A stretch of DNA of 64,000 nucleotides, taken from positions 63,799 through 127,798 of the forward strand of contig CAWIEK010000051.1 in NCBI GenBank assembly GCA_963835065.1, read 5' to 3'. Numbering within the stretch: position 1 is the stretch's first letter; every line of letters begins with the position of its first letter. Below, piece by piece: positions 39,824 to 51,673 of the stretch. A model generated the notes under the pieces. It had not been told where the DNA came from, made no database searches, and worked only from the letters and a program-made list of their open reading frames with translations. A program made the position numbers and the translations under genes. The DNA comes from an uncultured Chthonomonadaceae bacterium. Its GTDB lineage: Bacteria > Armatimonadota > Chthonomonadetes > Chthonomonadales > Chthonomonadaceae.

Positions 39824-42800
39824 TTACGCCATTGCCGCCGCTGATTCTTCGCGCTCTTCGCGGACGTAGCGGTCACGGTCGGACTGCTTTAGGGTGCGCC
39901 AAATCAGGAATTGCTTGCGCAGGGTGTTCAGGAAGCGACGGTTGACGCGCTTCCAGTTGGTGATGTCGCCGGATTCGCGGTCTATAAGCAGGAAGATTTC
40001 GTACACGTCGGGCGTTTCCGTCGGCAGAGTTTCAATCGCCACGCGCTGCGATACACCCAGGTCGAACGGAGCCAGCCACGCCATGCTCTTGATGCGATAC
40101 GACAGCCCGTGCTTGCCCTCGAACGTTTCGCTGACAACGCCCTGCGTCACGAAGTCGCCGATGCTGTATTCCTCATAAGCGCGGAACCACTCGCCCAAAA
40201 AGCTATTCATGCCCGCCGCCTGATCGCCCGTAACCGCAAACGGCAGGGGAACCTTCCAGTGGTCGCCGTCCGGTTCCGGCACTTTCCACGTTCGGTCCGA
40301 CGTGGGCGAAGCCGACTTCCGCCGCTTTTCGCGCCGGGTACAGGGTGGAAAGCAGCACGACAGCGACGACAATCAAGGTCGTCATAACCGCGCTCGTGCT
40401 GGAAAAGTTCAGGTACAGGTCGGGCAGCCAGCCGAAGAACACGAGTACCTTGCTTGTGAACTGGCCGAGCAGATAGCCAAGCACCGAGCCGAGAATCGCG
40501 TAGACTAAGGCTTCCGCAATGAACAACATGCCGATGTGCGAGGGAGCCAGGCCGATGGACGAGAAAATGTGAATTTCCTTCACGCGCTCGAAGACCGAGC
40601 CGAGCATGGTGTTCAAAACGATCATGCTGGCAATCAGAATCGGAAAGAAAACCAGTTCCATGCCGTGCGAATTCGTGGACGCGATGGACGAGAAGCGGTC
40701 AATGTGCCCCCGGTTCGGCCCGTCTACGTCCGGGTGCGTGATCTGGCCCGCGTACAGGTTCAGGCCAAGCCGGTGCATCAGGGGCTTCAAGTCTTCCACA
40801 ACCGATTTGGGGTTGCCGAAGTCAATGGCGATGGAGCGTAGTTCGCCGCCCAGGTTCGTCGCTGTCTGGTACGGCACGAAGAATACCTGATCCGGTTCCA
40901 GGTGGGTGTACTCTTTGAAGCCCGTGTCACCGCCACCGCCGCCCCGGTTCTGCTTGTTCATGGCGATGAAGTCAACGGGGGTAATGATTTCGTTGTCCAG
41001 GTCGGCAAGGTCTTTCAGCTTTTGCGAGTTCAAAATGCCGATGACCGTGTATTCCACGCCGCTGTACGTCACTTTGGCCGTGCCGACATCCTTATTATCC
41101 ACGCGCAATACGGACGCAATCGTATCCGGCAGCACAACGGTATAGGTATCGCCCTTTTGGAACCAGCGCCCGCCCGGTTCCAGCGCGTCCTGCGGGTGCG
41201 TGAGTTTGGCTTCTTCGGGTGACAGGCCACACAGGGCTTTGGCGTCATACGACTTGTCGGCGCGTTTCAGGTTGAGGAACGACTGTTCGCCCAACTGCGT
41301 TCCGAAAAACCAGGCGCGGGGCGCAACCGCGTGGTCGCGTCCGTACTCGTCGGCAAGCAGGCGATACGCGGGTTCCTGCAAGGGGTCCCACAGCGCGGTG
41401 CGGATCATAATGCCGTTGTAGCGCGGGCCGTGATCGGAGGGCGCGGGAACCTGATTGAAGCGCAGGGACTGCACGACGGACGTAAACGACAGAACGGTAA
41501 ACGTCAGCAATACCAGCGTAGCGCAGGTCAGGAAGGTGCGGGCTTTGCGCCGCCGCATGTTGGAAATGCCCAGGTTGAACGCGGCAACCGCAACCGATAC
41601 GCGCCCGATGTCCGCGCGATGAACGCCGCCCGAACTCTGATTCATCTGCTTCAGCTGCTCTTCAAATTTGCCCGAAATCAGGCCAATCACGATGCACGAG
41701 AGGGCGAGCATGATGAAGGCCAGCAGAACGATCATCGGGCTGCTTTGCAGAATGTCGAAGGCGGGGTGAATCTGCGAGAAGATGATAAAGACAACGATGA
41801 AGATAGCGGATGCGGCCAGCAGTTGCCGCTTCAGGTCGAAGAAGCCGAACAGCAGGCGCTCCGCGAAATACGCGAACGGGAGCAGCAGGGCAAGGTAGAA
41901 GATAACGCCCTTGACAACATCCAGCGCCATTGCCTGTATATCGGGGTAGGCGCGGGATTCGTAGCCCCACGCGGCGCGGGACTCGGAATCGAAGCGCTCC
42001 CAATCTTTGGCGTCACGCGCTTTGTAGGCGTTTTGGATGGCCTGCATTGCGCTGCGGTGCAGGTCGGACACGCCTTCCTTACCGTTCATGTTGAGGATTT
42101 TGTACTTCGCCAGCCGCTGCATCCGGGCGTCGTCCAATTTCCACATATCTTCCGCGACGTGCAGGGCGGTATCGTAAATCGCGCCCGAACGCGCTATCTC
42201 CTGCGCCTCGTTGTACTTCAAATCGCCGGACGTGCCGAGCAAATCGGCGTTCTGCTGGTCTTTAGGGTTGCCCGCGACAAGGTAGCCGATGCCGTCCGAG
42301 TTGGGCGACTTGCCCTGCTTGTTGAAGGGGTCGGACGGGTCGTACTGCGAGTTGACAAGGAGCAGGCGAATCGCGCCCGGCCCGCTGCTCATGGCGATTT
42401 TCAGGCGGCTGCCCGGCTGCGAGAACAGAACCGCAACGTCTTCCACATACGAGCCGACAAGCGTGGGGTCCTGCGGGTCAATGGCGTACCCGAACATGCG
42501 CGGTTCGCCGTTGCTTTCGCCGTCGTACACATCAATGGCGGTCAGGGCGCGGAGGGACTGCTGATCTACAAGGTCATAAATGGCGGTCGGGACGCAGCGA
42601 AACACGATTACGGGGGTTTCTTTGGTCGCCGTCGTCACCATCACGTCGAGCGGAATGTACTTCGCGCCCTGCGTTCCCAGATCCGGCGCGTAATCTATTT
42701 CGCCGCGCAGGTTGTTGACAAGCATTTTCTGCCCGGTCGGATCGGTCTGGTCGGGAATGTTGTCCCGGTCGTCCAGATGGTACGCGCCCAACCGCGCCGG

Positions 42801-44855
42801 CTTGTTCTGCCCATAGGCGGTAAGCGGCGCGACACCGTGAAACGCGAAGAAGTTGGACGGGGGAACCGCATTGCCGTTCTTGTCCAGCGCGTCGCCGTCC
42901 TTGTTGGTGCGGGAAGGCATGCCATCCGGGTTGAGCGGCAAGGACGCCATTCTGTCGGGCAGCGTCCATTGCGTCCGCTGCACCATGTTGCCGCGAACGC
43001 CCATAAACGATTTGTTGCGGTTGCGGACAACGACAAGGCTGTTCGCCAGTTTGGGGTCGGCGTTGGCGATGAACGACTTTTTGGGGTTGAACATCTGTAC
43101 GCGGCCCTGCAGCGTGGCAAATCCGCCCTGCAAAGCCATGCGCGACCACTTGGACGGATCGGTAATCGGCATACGCTGCGCGTTAATGTCGCCCTGCGCG
43201 TTCGTGTCCGTGACGATATGCCACATCAGGCAGTTCAGCAGGCGGCACTGCTGCGCGAGATTGGCGATGTTGACCTGATCTACGGTATCGAAGGGGGTAT
43301 CCACAAGGGCGCGGCTGTCGTCCGTACTGGCAAATGTCACGCCGTTGCCGCCCGCCATCGTGACGGCTTCCGAGTCGAACGCGGGCTTGCCGGGGATGAA
43401 GTTGCGCCAGTTCTTGCCGTCAACGGGGTTTACGCCGTCATTGAAATAGCGTTTGGAGTCGAAGCCGAGCGTGGTTCCCACTTTTTCGGCGTTTTCGCGG
43501 CACACACGGGCAATGTCGCTGAACCGGCCCTGAATGTCTTCGCGGTAATCGTAAAACCAGCCTTTATAGAAGATACCGAAACTGCGGGTCTGACTGGTCA
43601 TGTCCAATCCGGCCCACAGGAAAATAGTCGGCGGTTCCTGCGCCTTGCGGTTGAAGAACCCGGACGGCATCCACGAGTCTATATGCTTTTCCACGTACTC
43701 GCGTATGCCCTGCAAGCCCTGAAAGTGGGCGCTTGTCGCCACGAACATCATTGTCCGTTTAGGCGGGTTGGCTTTGAACGCGCGGATCATTTCGCACATC
43801 GCGGCAAACCCGCACGTCGTATCCGCGCCGGGAGCAAGCGCGGGAACAACACTTGTTGAATCGTAATACGACTGCACGACAATGATCTGGTCTTTGAGTT
43901 TCGGGTCGGTTCCGGGTATCACGCCCACGAAGTTGCGGCACTGGCGCGTTTTCCACGGCATGTTGCAGGTCAGGCGCACGGTCGGCGGCTGTCCACTCGC
44001 ACACGCGGCAAGGAGGGGCGCGGCGTCCTGCTTGGTCATGTAAAAGCGGGGAATAGCGATGGGAATGGAAACGAATTTGGCTTCCGCTTCGCCGCGCATC
44101 GTGCTGTTGGGCGCGACAAAGATAACCGCCTTTGCGCCCAATCGCGGCGCGTTCAGCCACTCGCCCGCGCAATTGAAGTCCACCATCACAACACTGCCGT
44201 CCACGTTCTTGCCGTTAAAATTGCGCAGCTTGCCGTCACCCACATAAATGAGTTTGGAAGTCAGGCCGTTGACGGGCAGGGTCGGGGTGCGGACAAGGTT
44301 CGGCCATAACGGAAACATGCGCAGGCGTTGGGGAGAAACCATAACGTCATGGTTCGCGTTCGCGCGCAGCGCGGCAGGATTGGCATTTTCAGCGGGAACA
44401 GGCGTCTGATTGGCGACGTCCTGCTTGGCCTTCAATACCGCGCTGCTGATGTCAGTGGAGGAAAGGAGTTCCGCGAACGCGCCTTGACTTGGGTTGTCTA
44501 CGCTGAGGTCGTAGGGAACGGTTACATCAAAGGTGTCGGTTTGCAGGCTGGATAGACCGAGGGTTTGGAATTGCTGCGCGACGTAATCGCCCGCCAGTTT
44601 GTCGCCGGGATAACCGGCGACGCGGGAGCCGAAACCCGCCAGCGTGTTGACGGTTGCGCGGAGATTGGCGGTGGAGACCTGCGCATTGAACTTCTTATAA
44701 GCGTCCTTAAAAGCCTGCGGCACGTCCGCGCAATATCCGCGCCCGACACTGACAACAAGCGTGGTGATTGTCAGCAGGGTCAGCAGCAACACGCGCAACG
44801 CGACAGGGCGCAGGCTTGGAGCAACACGCACATTCAAACTCTTGCCAGCAGGCAT
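39824..44855 (-). CDS. Giant secreted PA/M28-like domain + FtsX/MacB-like permease fusion (~1,670 aa); one frameshift near 40312
   Basis: Signal peptide; PA-like LIYVGDG..GAKAVIFV; M28-like IVVQSYYDS..PGAD; ISNMRRRKARTFLT; LNTMLGSVFERVKEIHIFSSIGL; YPARKAAEV. An extra G in GTCGGCT shifts to ORF 39824..40372 (ASPTSDRTWKVP...). Confidence 0.85.
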
Positions 44856-45458
44856 GGACAGCTTCCCTTTCCGGGGACATGATTTTCTGATATAATCCGG
44901 GGCAACGAGCGAACGCAGAGCGCAGAGGAACGTCTTTGTTCTCCGTTTCGACGGCACACGACAATTTGAGCATCGGGCGCGGCCAGGGGAAAGCCGCGTT
45001 TTGTGCATGATGATGCAATAGTTCACCAACGGGGAGCGGAATACCTTCTCAATGATAACATAACGCCGCACAAAAATCAAGAAGGGCGGTTTCTATGGTT
45101 TACCCTGCCGTTCGGACTGAGATTGTCAGCAGGAAGAACCGTTTTACAACGCTCGATGTACTCTTCAGAACGCAAAAATAAACCTTTTGTTACACGCTCA
45201 TGCCCGGACCCATCGTACCGGTGATTGAACGCCTCTTACTGTCTACATGGTAACGGATGGGATTAGAATGATTACCATACTGCTTCGCTGCTGAAATCAT
45301 AGTCCATCCCTTAATCATTTACATCATGGTTCAGGCAAGGGAGGCAGGGATTTTGTGGTTCGGCGACGAAATACCGGTTTGAACATCGCCACTGCTATTC
45401 AGCCTTTGAAGGTTCAATTGTGGAGTTGACAAGTAAGTGGCATAGAACAGGAGTCACC

Positions 45459-46355
45459 ATGCGGGCGCAAAAATGGAACAGGATCGTCCCCTTGCTTTTG
45501 GGCGTTGCGATTATGCTGTTTTTCTTCCGGCAAAGCGCCGAGCGCATGCGGATGACGCAGGCAACCGTTCCGCTTACAACCTCGAAGCAGCAGCATCCCA
45601 CCCGGCTCATCCGGCATGAACCGTCACCGCAGCCGTCCGACGCGAACCTGCCTGCCGACGTAGAGCGCATCACCTATACGTCGCAGGGGCGGCAGTTGAA
45701 AGCCGTTGTTGCCGTTCCGCACACGCCCGGACTGCACCCCGCCGTGCTGTATTGTCATGGCGGGTTTGCGTTCGGCGCGGACGATTTTGAGGATGCGCGT
45801 CCGTTCTTAAACGCCGGGTACGTCGTGATGTGCCCGATGTGGCGGGGCGAGAACGGCAATCCGGGCGATTTTGAATTGTACTTTGGCGAAGTGGACGATG
45901 CCCGCGCCGCTCTGGACGCGCTGGCGCAACGCAGCGACGTGGACAAAACACATCTATACGCGGCGGGACACAGCGCGGGCGGCGTGATTGCGATGCTGCT
46001 GGCCGAGTCCGATAATCGCCTGCGCGCGGTGGGAGCCTGCGGCGCGTTTGCCGATCTGCGCGAAGCCAGTTCGCGGGGCGTGGATCCTCCCACCGAGCCG
46101 ATGCCCTTCAACTGGAAAGACGCGGAGGAAACGGAACTGCGCTCGTTTGGCCGCCACTTGCGCGACCTGAACTGCCCCGCCCTGCTTTGCTACGGCAGCC
46201 GGGAAACCTATCTGCTCAGCCAGGCCGGCCAGATTCCCGGTATCGCGGAGCAACTGCATAAATCCCTATTCCTGCAAACCGTTCCCGACGCCGACCACTT
46301 CACGGCCTTAGCGCCCGCCGTACAGCAGATGATCGCGTTCTTCCAGCGCCCGTAG
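45459..46355 (+). CDS. Membrane-anchored alpha/beta hydrolase (S9-like)
   Basis: YCHGG, GHSAGG nucleophile elbow, DADHF. Confidence 0.88.
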   Translation: MRAQKWNRIVPLLLGVAIMLFFFRQSAERMRMTQATVPLTTSKQQHPTRLIRHEPSPQPSDANLPADVERITYTSQGRQLKAVVAVPHTPGLHPAVLYCHGGFAFGADDFEDARPFLNAGYVVMCPMWRGENGNPGDFELYFGEVDDARAALDALAQRSDVDKTHLYAAGHSAGGVIAMLLAESDNRLRAVGACGAFADLREASSRGVDPPTEPMPFNWKDAEETELRSFGRHLRDLNCPALLCYGSRETYLLSQAGQIPGIAEQLHKSLFLQTVPDADHFTALAPAVQQMIAFFQRP

Positions 46356-46385
46356 CCCACAAGCACCTTAAACATTACCAACATT

Positions 46386-48257
46386 ATGCAGGACAAGCAA
46401 CGAAACGCAGCAATCGGTGACTGGCTCTGGTTTTTCGCATGGGGCGTTTTCTCGACGCTCTGGTGTCTGACGGCTTCGCGGCATTTAAGCGGAACCGTTG
46501 ACGAGTGGATTTATGTGGAGCGAGGGCTGCATTGCTGGCGCGCGTTCAGTCATCAGGGCTTGCTGCTGTTGGGAACCATGCCCCTGCCCGTAGACGTGGA
46601 AACACTGCCGCTTGCGCTGTGGGAACGTTTAGGCCATGCGCGTTTCGATCCGTTTACCGATCTGGCAACGCCGCTAATGTGGGCGCGGATGGGAACGCTG
46701 GTGTTTTGGTGGCTGCTGCTGATTTATGCCCGGCTTATCGGGCGCAAATTGGGCGGGGTTTGGGCGGGGCGGCTTGCCGTCGGCTTGCTGGCCTGCGAAC
46801 CCAATCTGCTTGCCCACGCCACGCTTGCCACCACCGATATTTCCGTTTCCGCCTGCCTGCTCGCGTTCACCTACCATTTTCAGGACGGAAGAGGCAAAAC
46901 ATGGAAACGACGCATCGGCCTTCCTATGCTATGGTTCGCCGCCCTCGTATTGTGCAAAGCCTCCGGCCTTGTGTTCGGCATTTTGTGCATGCTGGTAATT
47001 CAGTATGGGGCGCAGGGAACAAGGAAAGAAAAGGAGAAAAGAAGAAAAGAAGAAAAGGAGACGGAAGAACAGGGAACAGAAGAACCCCAATCGAAAATCG
47101 AAAATTCCCCAACACCCAACACCCCTCCTTTCTGGAAAGATATGGGCTGGATTGTCGGCGTGGGAACCCTGCTTGTATTCGTTTACTGCGGCACGGACTG
47201 GCAGCCGTATGCAGGGCTGGTACGCCGCGCTCATTCGCTTCTGCCGGGAACGAAACAAACCCTGCTGGCATGGCTGGCGGATCATCTGCGGCTGTATGCG
47301 AACGCGGCGGATGGCGTTGTCCGGCAGATACAGCACAACAGTCATGGGCAGGGCTGGTATCTGCTTGGGCACTCCGGCCCGCGTTACGTCTGGTGGTATT
47401 TCCCCATTGTCCTAACGATCAAATTGTCCCTGCCGTTGCTGCTGCTTCCCTTCGTCATTGCCGTTTGTCGCCGTCATTGCCTGCGGAATTGGGCATGTTG
47501 GTGCGCCCTCATTCAGATTCTTCTCAGCATCACGTACCATGTTCAGATCGGCGTTCGTTTCCTCTTTCCGGCGATTTGCATGGGGATTGTGGGCTTGTCC
47601 GCCGCTGCTGTCTGTGCCGTTGCCGGGGAGTCATTGCAGACGGAAGACGCAGATACAAGCGCGGAAACGTCCGACGAACTACCTCACCCCCGGCCCCTCT
47701 CCTTGCCGCGCAACGCGCTAGGAGAAGGGAGTCAGTTGTCTCATGCAAAGAGTGCTTCCAATATAAATCGGCTTGACTGGCATAAACGTGTATCGGCGCG
47801 GTTGCCGTTTGTGGTGGCCTGTGCAGGGCTTGTTTGGACTGCCTTTGCCTCAATCCAATGGTGGCCGAACGGGTTGGCGTATACGAATGGACTTTGGGGC
47901 GATTCGCGCAAGGGGTATCTGCTCGTCAGCGACTCCAACTACGATTGGGGGCAGGGGTTGTGGGAACTGCGGCAATGGCAGCAGGCGTACCCTGACAAGC
48001 CGTTGACGTTATGGTACTTCGGCTACGATCCGGCACACAACGCTTTTGCCGATGTGCCGCGCGAGGCATTGACGGCTCACAACATTCAGGAAGTACGAGA
48101 GGCGTTACGAGGGAAATATCTGGCGGCAAGCGCGACGCAGGTTTACGGCGGTTACAACAAGCCGCAACAGCCTCTTATCGCCTGCCTACGCCAGATGCAG
48201 CCTACAGCCCGAACAACTACTTTTCTCATCTACGACTTTACACAAACAAAGCCATAG
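46386..48257 (+). CDS. GT-C (ArnT/PMT-like) membrane glycosyltransferase
   Basis: TVDE, EPNLLAHATLATTD, LCKASG, QIGVRF, DSNYDWGQGL. Confidence 0.82.
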   Translation: MQDKQRNAAIGDWLWFFAWGVFSTLWCLTASRHLSGTVDEWIYVERGLHCWRAFSHQGLLLLGTMPLPVDVETLPLALWERLGHARFDPFTDLATPLMWARMGTLVFWWLLLIYARLIGRKLGGVWAGRLAVGLLACEPNLLAHATLATTDISVSACLLAFTYHFQDGRGKTWKRRIGLPMLWFAALVLCKASGLVFGILCMLVIQYGAQGTRKEKEKRRKEEKETEEQGTEEPQSKIENSPTPNTPPFWKDMGWIVGVGTLLVFVYCGTDWQPYAGLVRRAHSLLPGTKQTLLAWLADHLRLYANAADGVVRQIQHNSHGQGWYLLGHSGPRYVWWYFPIVLTIKLSLPLLLLPFVIAVCRRHCLRNWACWCALIQILLSITYHVQIGVRFLFPAICMGIVGLSAAAVCAVAGESLQTEDADTSAETSDELPHPRPLSLPRNALGEGSQLSHAKSASNINRLDWHKRVSARLPFVVACAGLVWTAFASIQWWPNGLAYTNGLWGDSRKGYLLVSDSNYDWGQGLWELRQWQQAYPDKPLTLWYFGYDPAHNAFADVPREALTAHNIQEVREALRGKYLAASATQVYGGYNKPQQPLIACLRQMQPTARTTTFLIYDFTQTKP

Positions 48258-48368
48258 ATTACAACTATAATAGGGCTGTTACAAGATCATCGGCCTGAAC
48301 GACAAGAACAGGCCGACGTTTTACTGACTGCAAACTAGAATCAGATGCTGTCAGCATGGTATTACTCC

Positions 48369-49454
48369 TCAGCCATTCTTTGCCGCGAACTCGTTCAGGT
48401 AGTCGGCAAGCGCCTGACAGCCTTCTTTGGGGAAGGCGTTGTAAATGGAGGCGCGGAAGCCGCCTACGGAACGGTGTCCTTTCAGGCCGTCCATTTGCCG
48501 CGCCTGCGCCCCGGCAAGAAACTCTTTATCCAAGTCGGCGTTCTTGAGTCGGAAGGTGACGTTCATCAGCGAGCGATCAGCTTTGTCGGTGACAGCCGGG
48601 TCATACACTTTGGCATGGGCGTCCAGCGCGTCATAAATTAATGTGGCTTTGGCGCGGTTGTTGGCTTCCACCGCGCTCAATCCCCCCTGCGCTTCAATCC
48701 ACTTCAGCACCAGCCCGACAACGTATATGGAGAACGCGGGCGGCGTGTTATACAGCGAATCGGCTTTGGCATGGGTTTTGTAGGAAAGAATGGCGGGAAC
48801 ATCGTCCTGCGCTTTTTCCAGATAGCTTTTCCGCGCAACCACCAGCGTCACGCCCGCCGGTCCGGCGTTCTTTTGCGCTCCTGCGTACATCAGATCGAAC
48901 TTGCTGTAATCCAGACTGCGCGCCATGATGTCGGAAGAAATGTCAGCGACAAGCGGAACGCCATTGGTTTCCGGCAACTGGCTCCATTCCGTGCCTTCGA
49001 TGGTGTTGTTCGTGGTGATGTGGACGTACTGCGCTCCCGGCGTAAGCGACAGTTGCTTGGGAATATACGAGAACTTTTTATCCTCGGATGTGGCGGCGAC
49101 ATTCACCGTGCCGAATCGTTTGGCCTCTTTGATGGCCTTTGTGCCCCACTCGCCCGTGTTCACGTAATCAGCGGTTTGTCCCTGCGCCAAAAAGTTCATC
49201 GGCAGCATGGCAAACTGCATGCTTGCCCCTCCGCCCAAAAACAGGACGGTGTATTCCTCTTCGGACAGCCCCATGACGCGCAGCAAGCCTTTCATGGCCT
49301 CGTAATGGATGCCCTCGTAATCCTTACCCCGGTGGCTGACTTCCAGAATGGACATGCCGGAACCGTTGATTTCCAGAACGCCCCGGCTGGCTTCTTCCAA
49401 AACGGGCAGGGGCAGAATGGCGGGTCCGGCGCTAAAATTATAAATGCGGTTCAT
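48369..49454 (-). CDS. serC: Phosphoserine aminotransferase
   Basis: YNFSAGPA, EVSHR, GAQKNAGPAG, YNTPP, GHRSVGGFRASIYNA. Confidence 0.97.
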   Translation of the reverse strand: MNRIYNFSAGPAILPLPVLEEASRGVLEINGSGMSILEVSHRGKDYEGIHYEAMKGLLRVMGLSEEEYTVLFLGGGASMQFAMLPMNFLAQGQTADYVNTGEWGTKAIKEAKRFGTVNVAATSEDKKFSYIPKQLSLTPGAQYVHITTNNTIEGTEWSQLPETNGVPLVADISSDIMARSLDYSKFDLMYAGAQKNAGPAGVTLVVARKSYLEKAQDDVPAILSYKTHAKADSLYNTPPAFSIYVVGLVLKWIEAQGGLSAVEANNRAKATLIYDALDAHAKVYDPAVTDKADRSLMNVTFRLKNADLDKEFLAGAQARQMDGLKGHRSVGGFRASIYNAFPKEGCQALADYLNEFAAKNG

Positions 49455-49501
49455 AGTTTGTATTTTCCTCTCGTCCACGAGATTGTTTCGGCTGGTTCGT
49501 A

Positions 49502-50254
49502 TTATGGTTGGTTCAGGGAATTGCTTTGTGTTTTGGGCAGGGGCTGCCAGGATTGCGCTCGCAGTTTCCAGGGCATGATGGCGGACTCGATCATCACTTT
49601 CCGGGAGATTTTAGATTGTCCGAACTGCCGGTCCGTAAAGATAATCGGAATTTCCACGATTTTCATACCGGCGCGGCTGGCGCGGTAGCTCATTTCCACC
49701 TGAAACGAGTACCCTTCCGATTGAAAACTTTCCAGATGAACGGCTTCCAGAGCGCGGCGCGTCCAGCAGCGAAACCCGGAAGTGGCGTCGGCGACGGGAA
49801 TACCCGCAATGCGCTGCACATACCGGTTGGCAAAGCGCGACATCCAGATGCGATGATTGGGCCAGTTTCGGACTCCGCCTGTAGGAATGTACCGCGAACC
49901 AATCACCAGATCAGCCGTGAGACTGGCTTGCAGCATGGCAGGCAGATAAGCTGGATCGTGGGAAAGGTCGGCGTCCATGTGAACGATACGGTCGTACCCT
50001 TCCCCAAGTACCTTGATAAAGGCATCGCGGTACGCGCGTCCCAAACCGCGAACGCCGGTTCGACGCAAAACGCGGTAGTTGCTGTAGGTGGAATTGGCGG
50101 CAAACAGCTTTTCGGCAACATCAGCCGTTCCATCCGGCGAGGCATCATCCACGAGCAGCAGATGCGCTTCGGGAAGGGCGCAGGCAATCTGCTCCACGAT
50201 CAGCGGCACGTTCTGCGCCTCATTATAGGTTGGAATGACAATGATGATTTTCAT
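49502..50254 (-). CDS. Polyprenol monophosphomannose synthase (GT2)
   Basis: IPTYNE, VDDASPDGT, MDADLSHDP, GSRY, DATSGFR, GYSFQVE. Confidence 0.92.
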   Translation of the reverse strand: MKIIIVIPTYNEAQNVPLIVEQIACALPEAHLLLVDDASPDGTADVAEKLFAANSTYSNYRVLRRTGVRGLGRAYRDAFIKVLGEGYDRIVHMDADLSHDPAYLPAMLQASLTADLVIGSRYIPTGGVRNWPNHRIWMSRFANRYVQRIAGIPVADATSGFRCWTRRALEAVHLESFQSEGYSFQVEMSYRASRAGMKIVEIPIIFTDRQFGQSKISRKVMIESAIMPWKLRAQSWQPLPKTQSNSLNQP

Positions 50255-50336
50255 GGGTTGTAGCCCCCGCCACAAACGCGGCAGGAACCGTATTATACCC
50301 GTTTTCTGCTTCCGTTCCGCGCAGTCGGGTAAACGC

Positions 50337-50386
50337 AAAAAGAGCCTGACTTTCAACAACGAAGGTTGGAAAGTCAGGCTCTTTTT
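50337..50386. terminator. rRNA operon intrinsic terminator (bidirectional form)
   Basis: aaaaagagcctgacttt ... aaagtcaggctcttttt. Confidence 0.88.
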
Positions 50387-50394
50387 CTATGTAT

Positions 50395-50511
50395 TCTGGC
50401 GGCGACCTATTTTCCCAGGAAGTTCCCCCCCAAGTATCGTCGGCGCAACTGGCTTTCACGACCGTGTTCGGGATGGGAACGGGTGGGACACCAACGCTAT
50501 GACCACCAGAA
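50395..50511 (-). rRNA. rrf: 5S rRNA
   Basis: CCCATCCCGAACAC, GCCGACGATACT, GGGAAAATAGGTCGCCGCCAG. Confidence 0.95.
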
Positions 50512-51285
50512 ACCGGTGCGCTCTCCCCAATTACCTGCACGAGAGAGCGAAAGTTTCTGCACCTGCGTTTACAGGTGAGCGCCTGCTGGCAAGAACATTG
50601 ACTGCCTCTGCACACAGGCAAAATCTGTTTACAACGGAACGTTCTTCCCGCCAAGATAACCTGCGTTGTCCTGCCGGGAAGAACCGAAGTGTGTGTCGGA
50701 TGCGAGTAGTCTGCGTTTGTACCGCCATGTACGGTTTGTACGGTGCGGACACAACATTGTCTGTTCTACTGAACCTAGTCTGTTGTGTCGTTGCTGCACA
50801 TGAACCTTACAGTTGCGCGGTGTTGTCTTTCTTTCTTTCAGCGCGGCTTTGTCCGTGCTTGCTTCCTCATCGCACACGCTTGTTTGTCGCTTCGTGTCTG
50901 CGTTTCCTGCCGTTGCTCTTCCTCTCTCTTTTACAGAGGGGATGAACGCCGGGAGGACGGCAACTTCCTCACGCCTTACAACCGCGTTTCTTGAGAACAC
51001 AAGGTTTCAAAGCCCTCGGTCACTTAGTACGGGTCGGCTCCATACATCGCTGCACTTCCACCCCCCGCCTATCTACCCGGTCGTCTGCCGGGGACCTTAC
51101 CAGCTTCACGCTGTGGAAGATCTCATCTTAGGGCGCGCTTCACGCTTAGATGCTTTCAGCGTTTATCGCTTCTGGACGTAGCTACCCGGCGTCTGCGCCT
51201 GGCGGCACAACCGGTACACCAGCGGTCCATCCATCCCGGTCCTCTCGTACTAGGGACAGCCCCCTGCAAATCTTCTGCGCCCGCC

Positions 51286-51368
<83 letters not shown>

Positions 51369-51378
51369 GCTAATCCAC

Positions 51379-51417
<39 letters not shown>

Positions 51418-51640
51418 TGCCGTCGCTGTGAGCGCTTGGGCAAGATAAGCCTGTTATCCCCAGGGTAGCTTTTATCCGATGAGCCCTGGCGTGCCCACGC
51501 ACCACCAGAGGATCACTAGGCCCGAGTTTCCTCCCTGCTCGACCTGTCGGTCTCACAGTCAAGCTGCCTTCTGCCCTTGCACGCAATGCCTGATTTCCAA
51601 CCAGGCTGAGGCAACCTTGGGGCGCCTCCGTTACCTTTTG

Positions 51641-51673
<33 letters not shown>

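Noticed and set aside
41331..43859. 842-aa plus-strand ORF and similar long antisense ORFs (e.g. 1132..2364, 33652..34785)
   Set aside because: Shadow frames of GC-rich genes on the opposite strand.
31338..44855. PQQ or RiPP biosynthetic cluster
   Set aside because: A PqqD-like protein is present, but there is no PqqB/C/E, radical SAM, YcaO, lasso cyclase or precursor peptide in the window.
44860..45450. Riboswitch or ncRNA in the divergent intergenic region
   Set aside because: No recognisable conserved aptamer motif by eye; an Rfam search would be needed.
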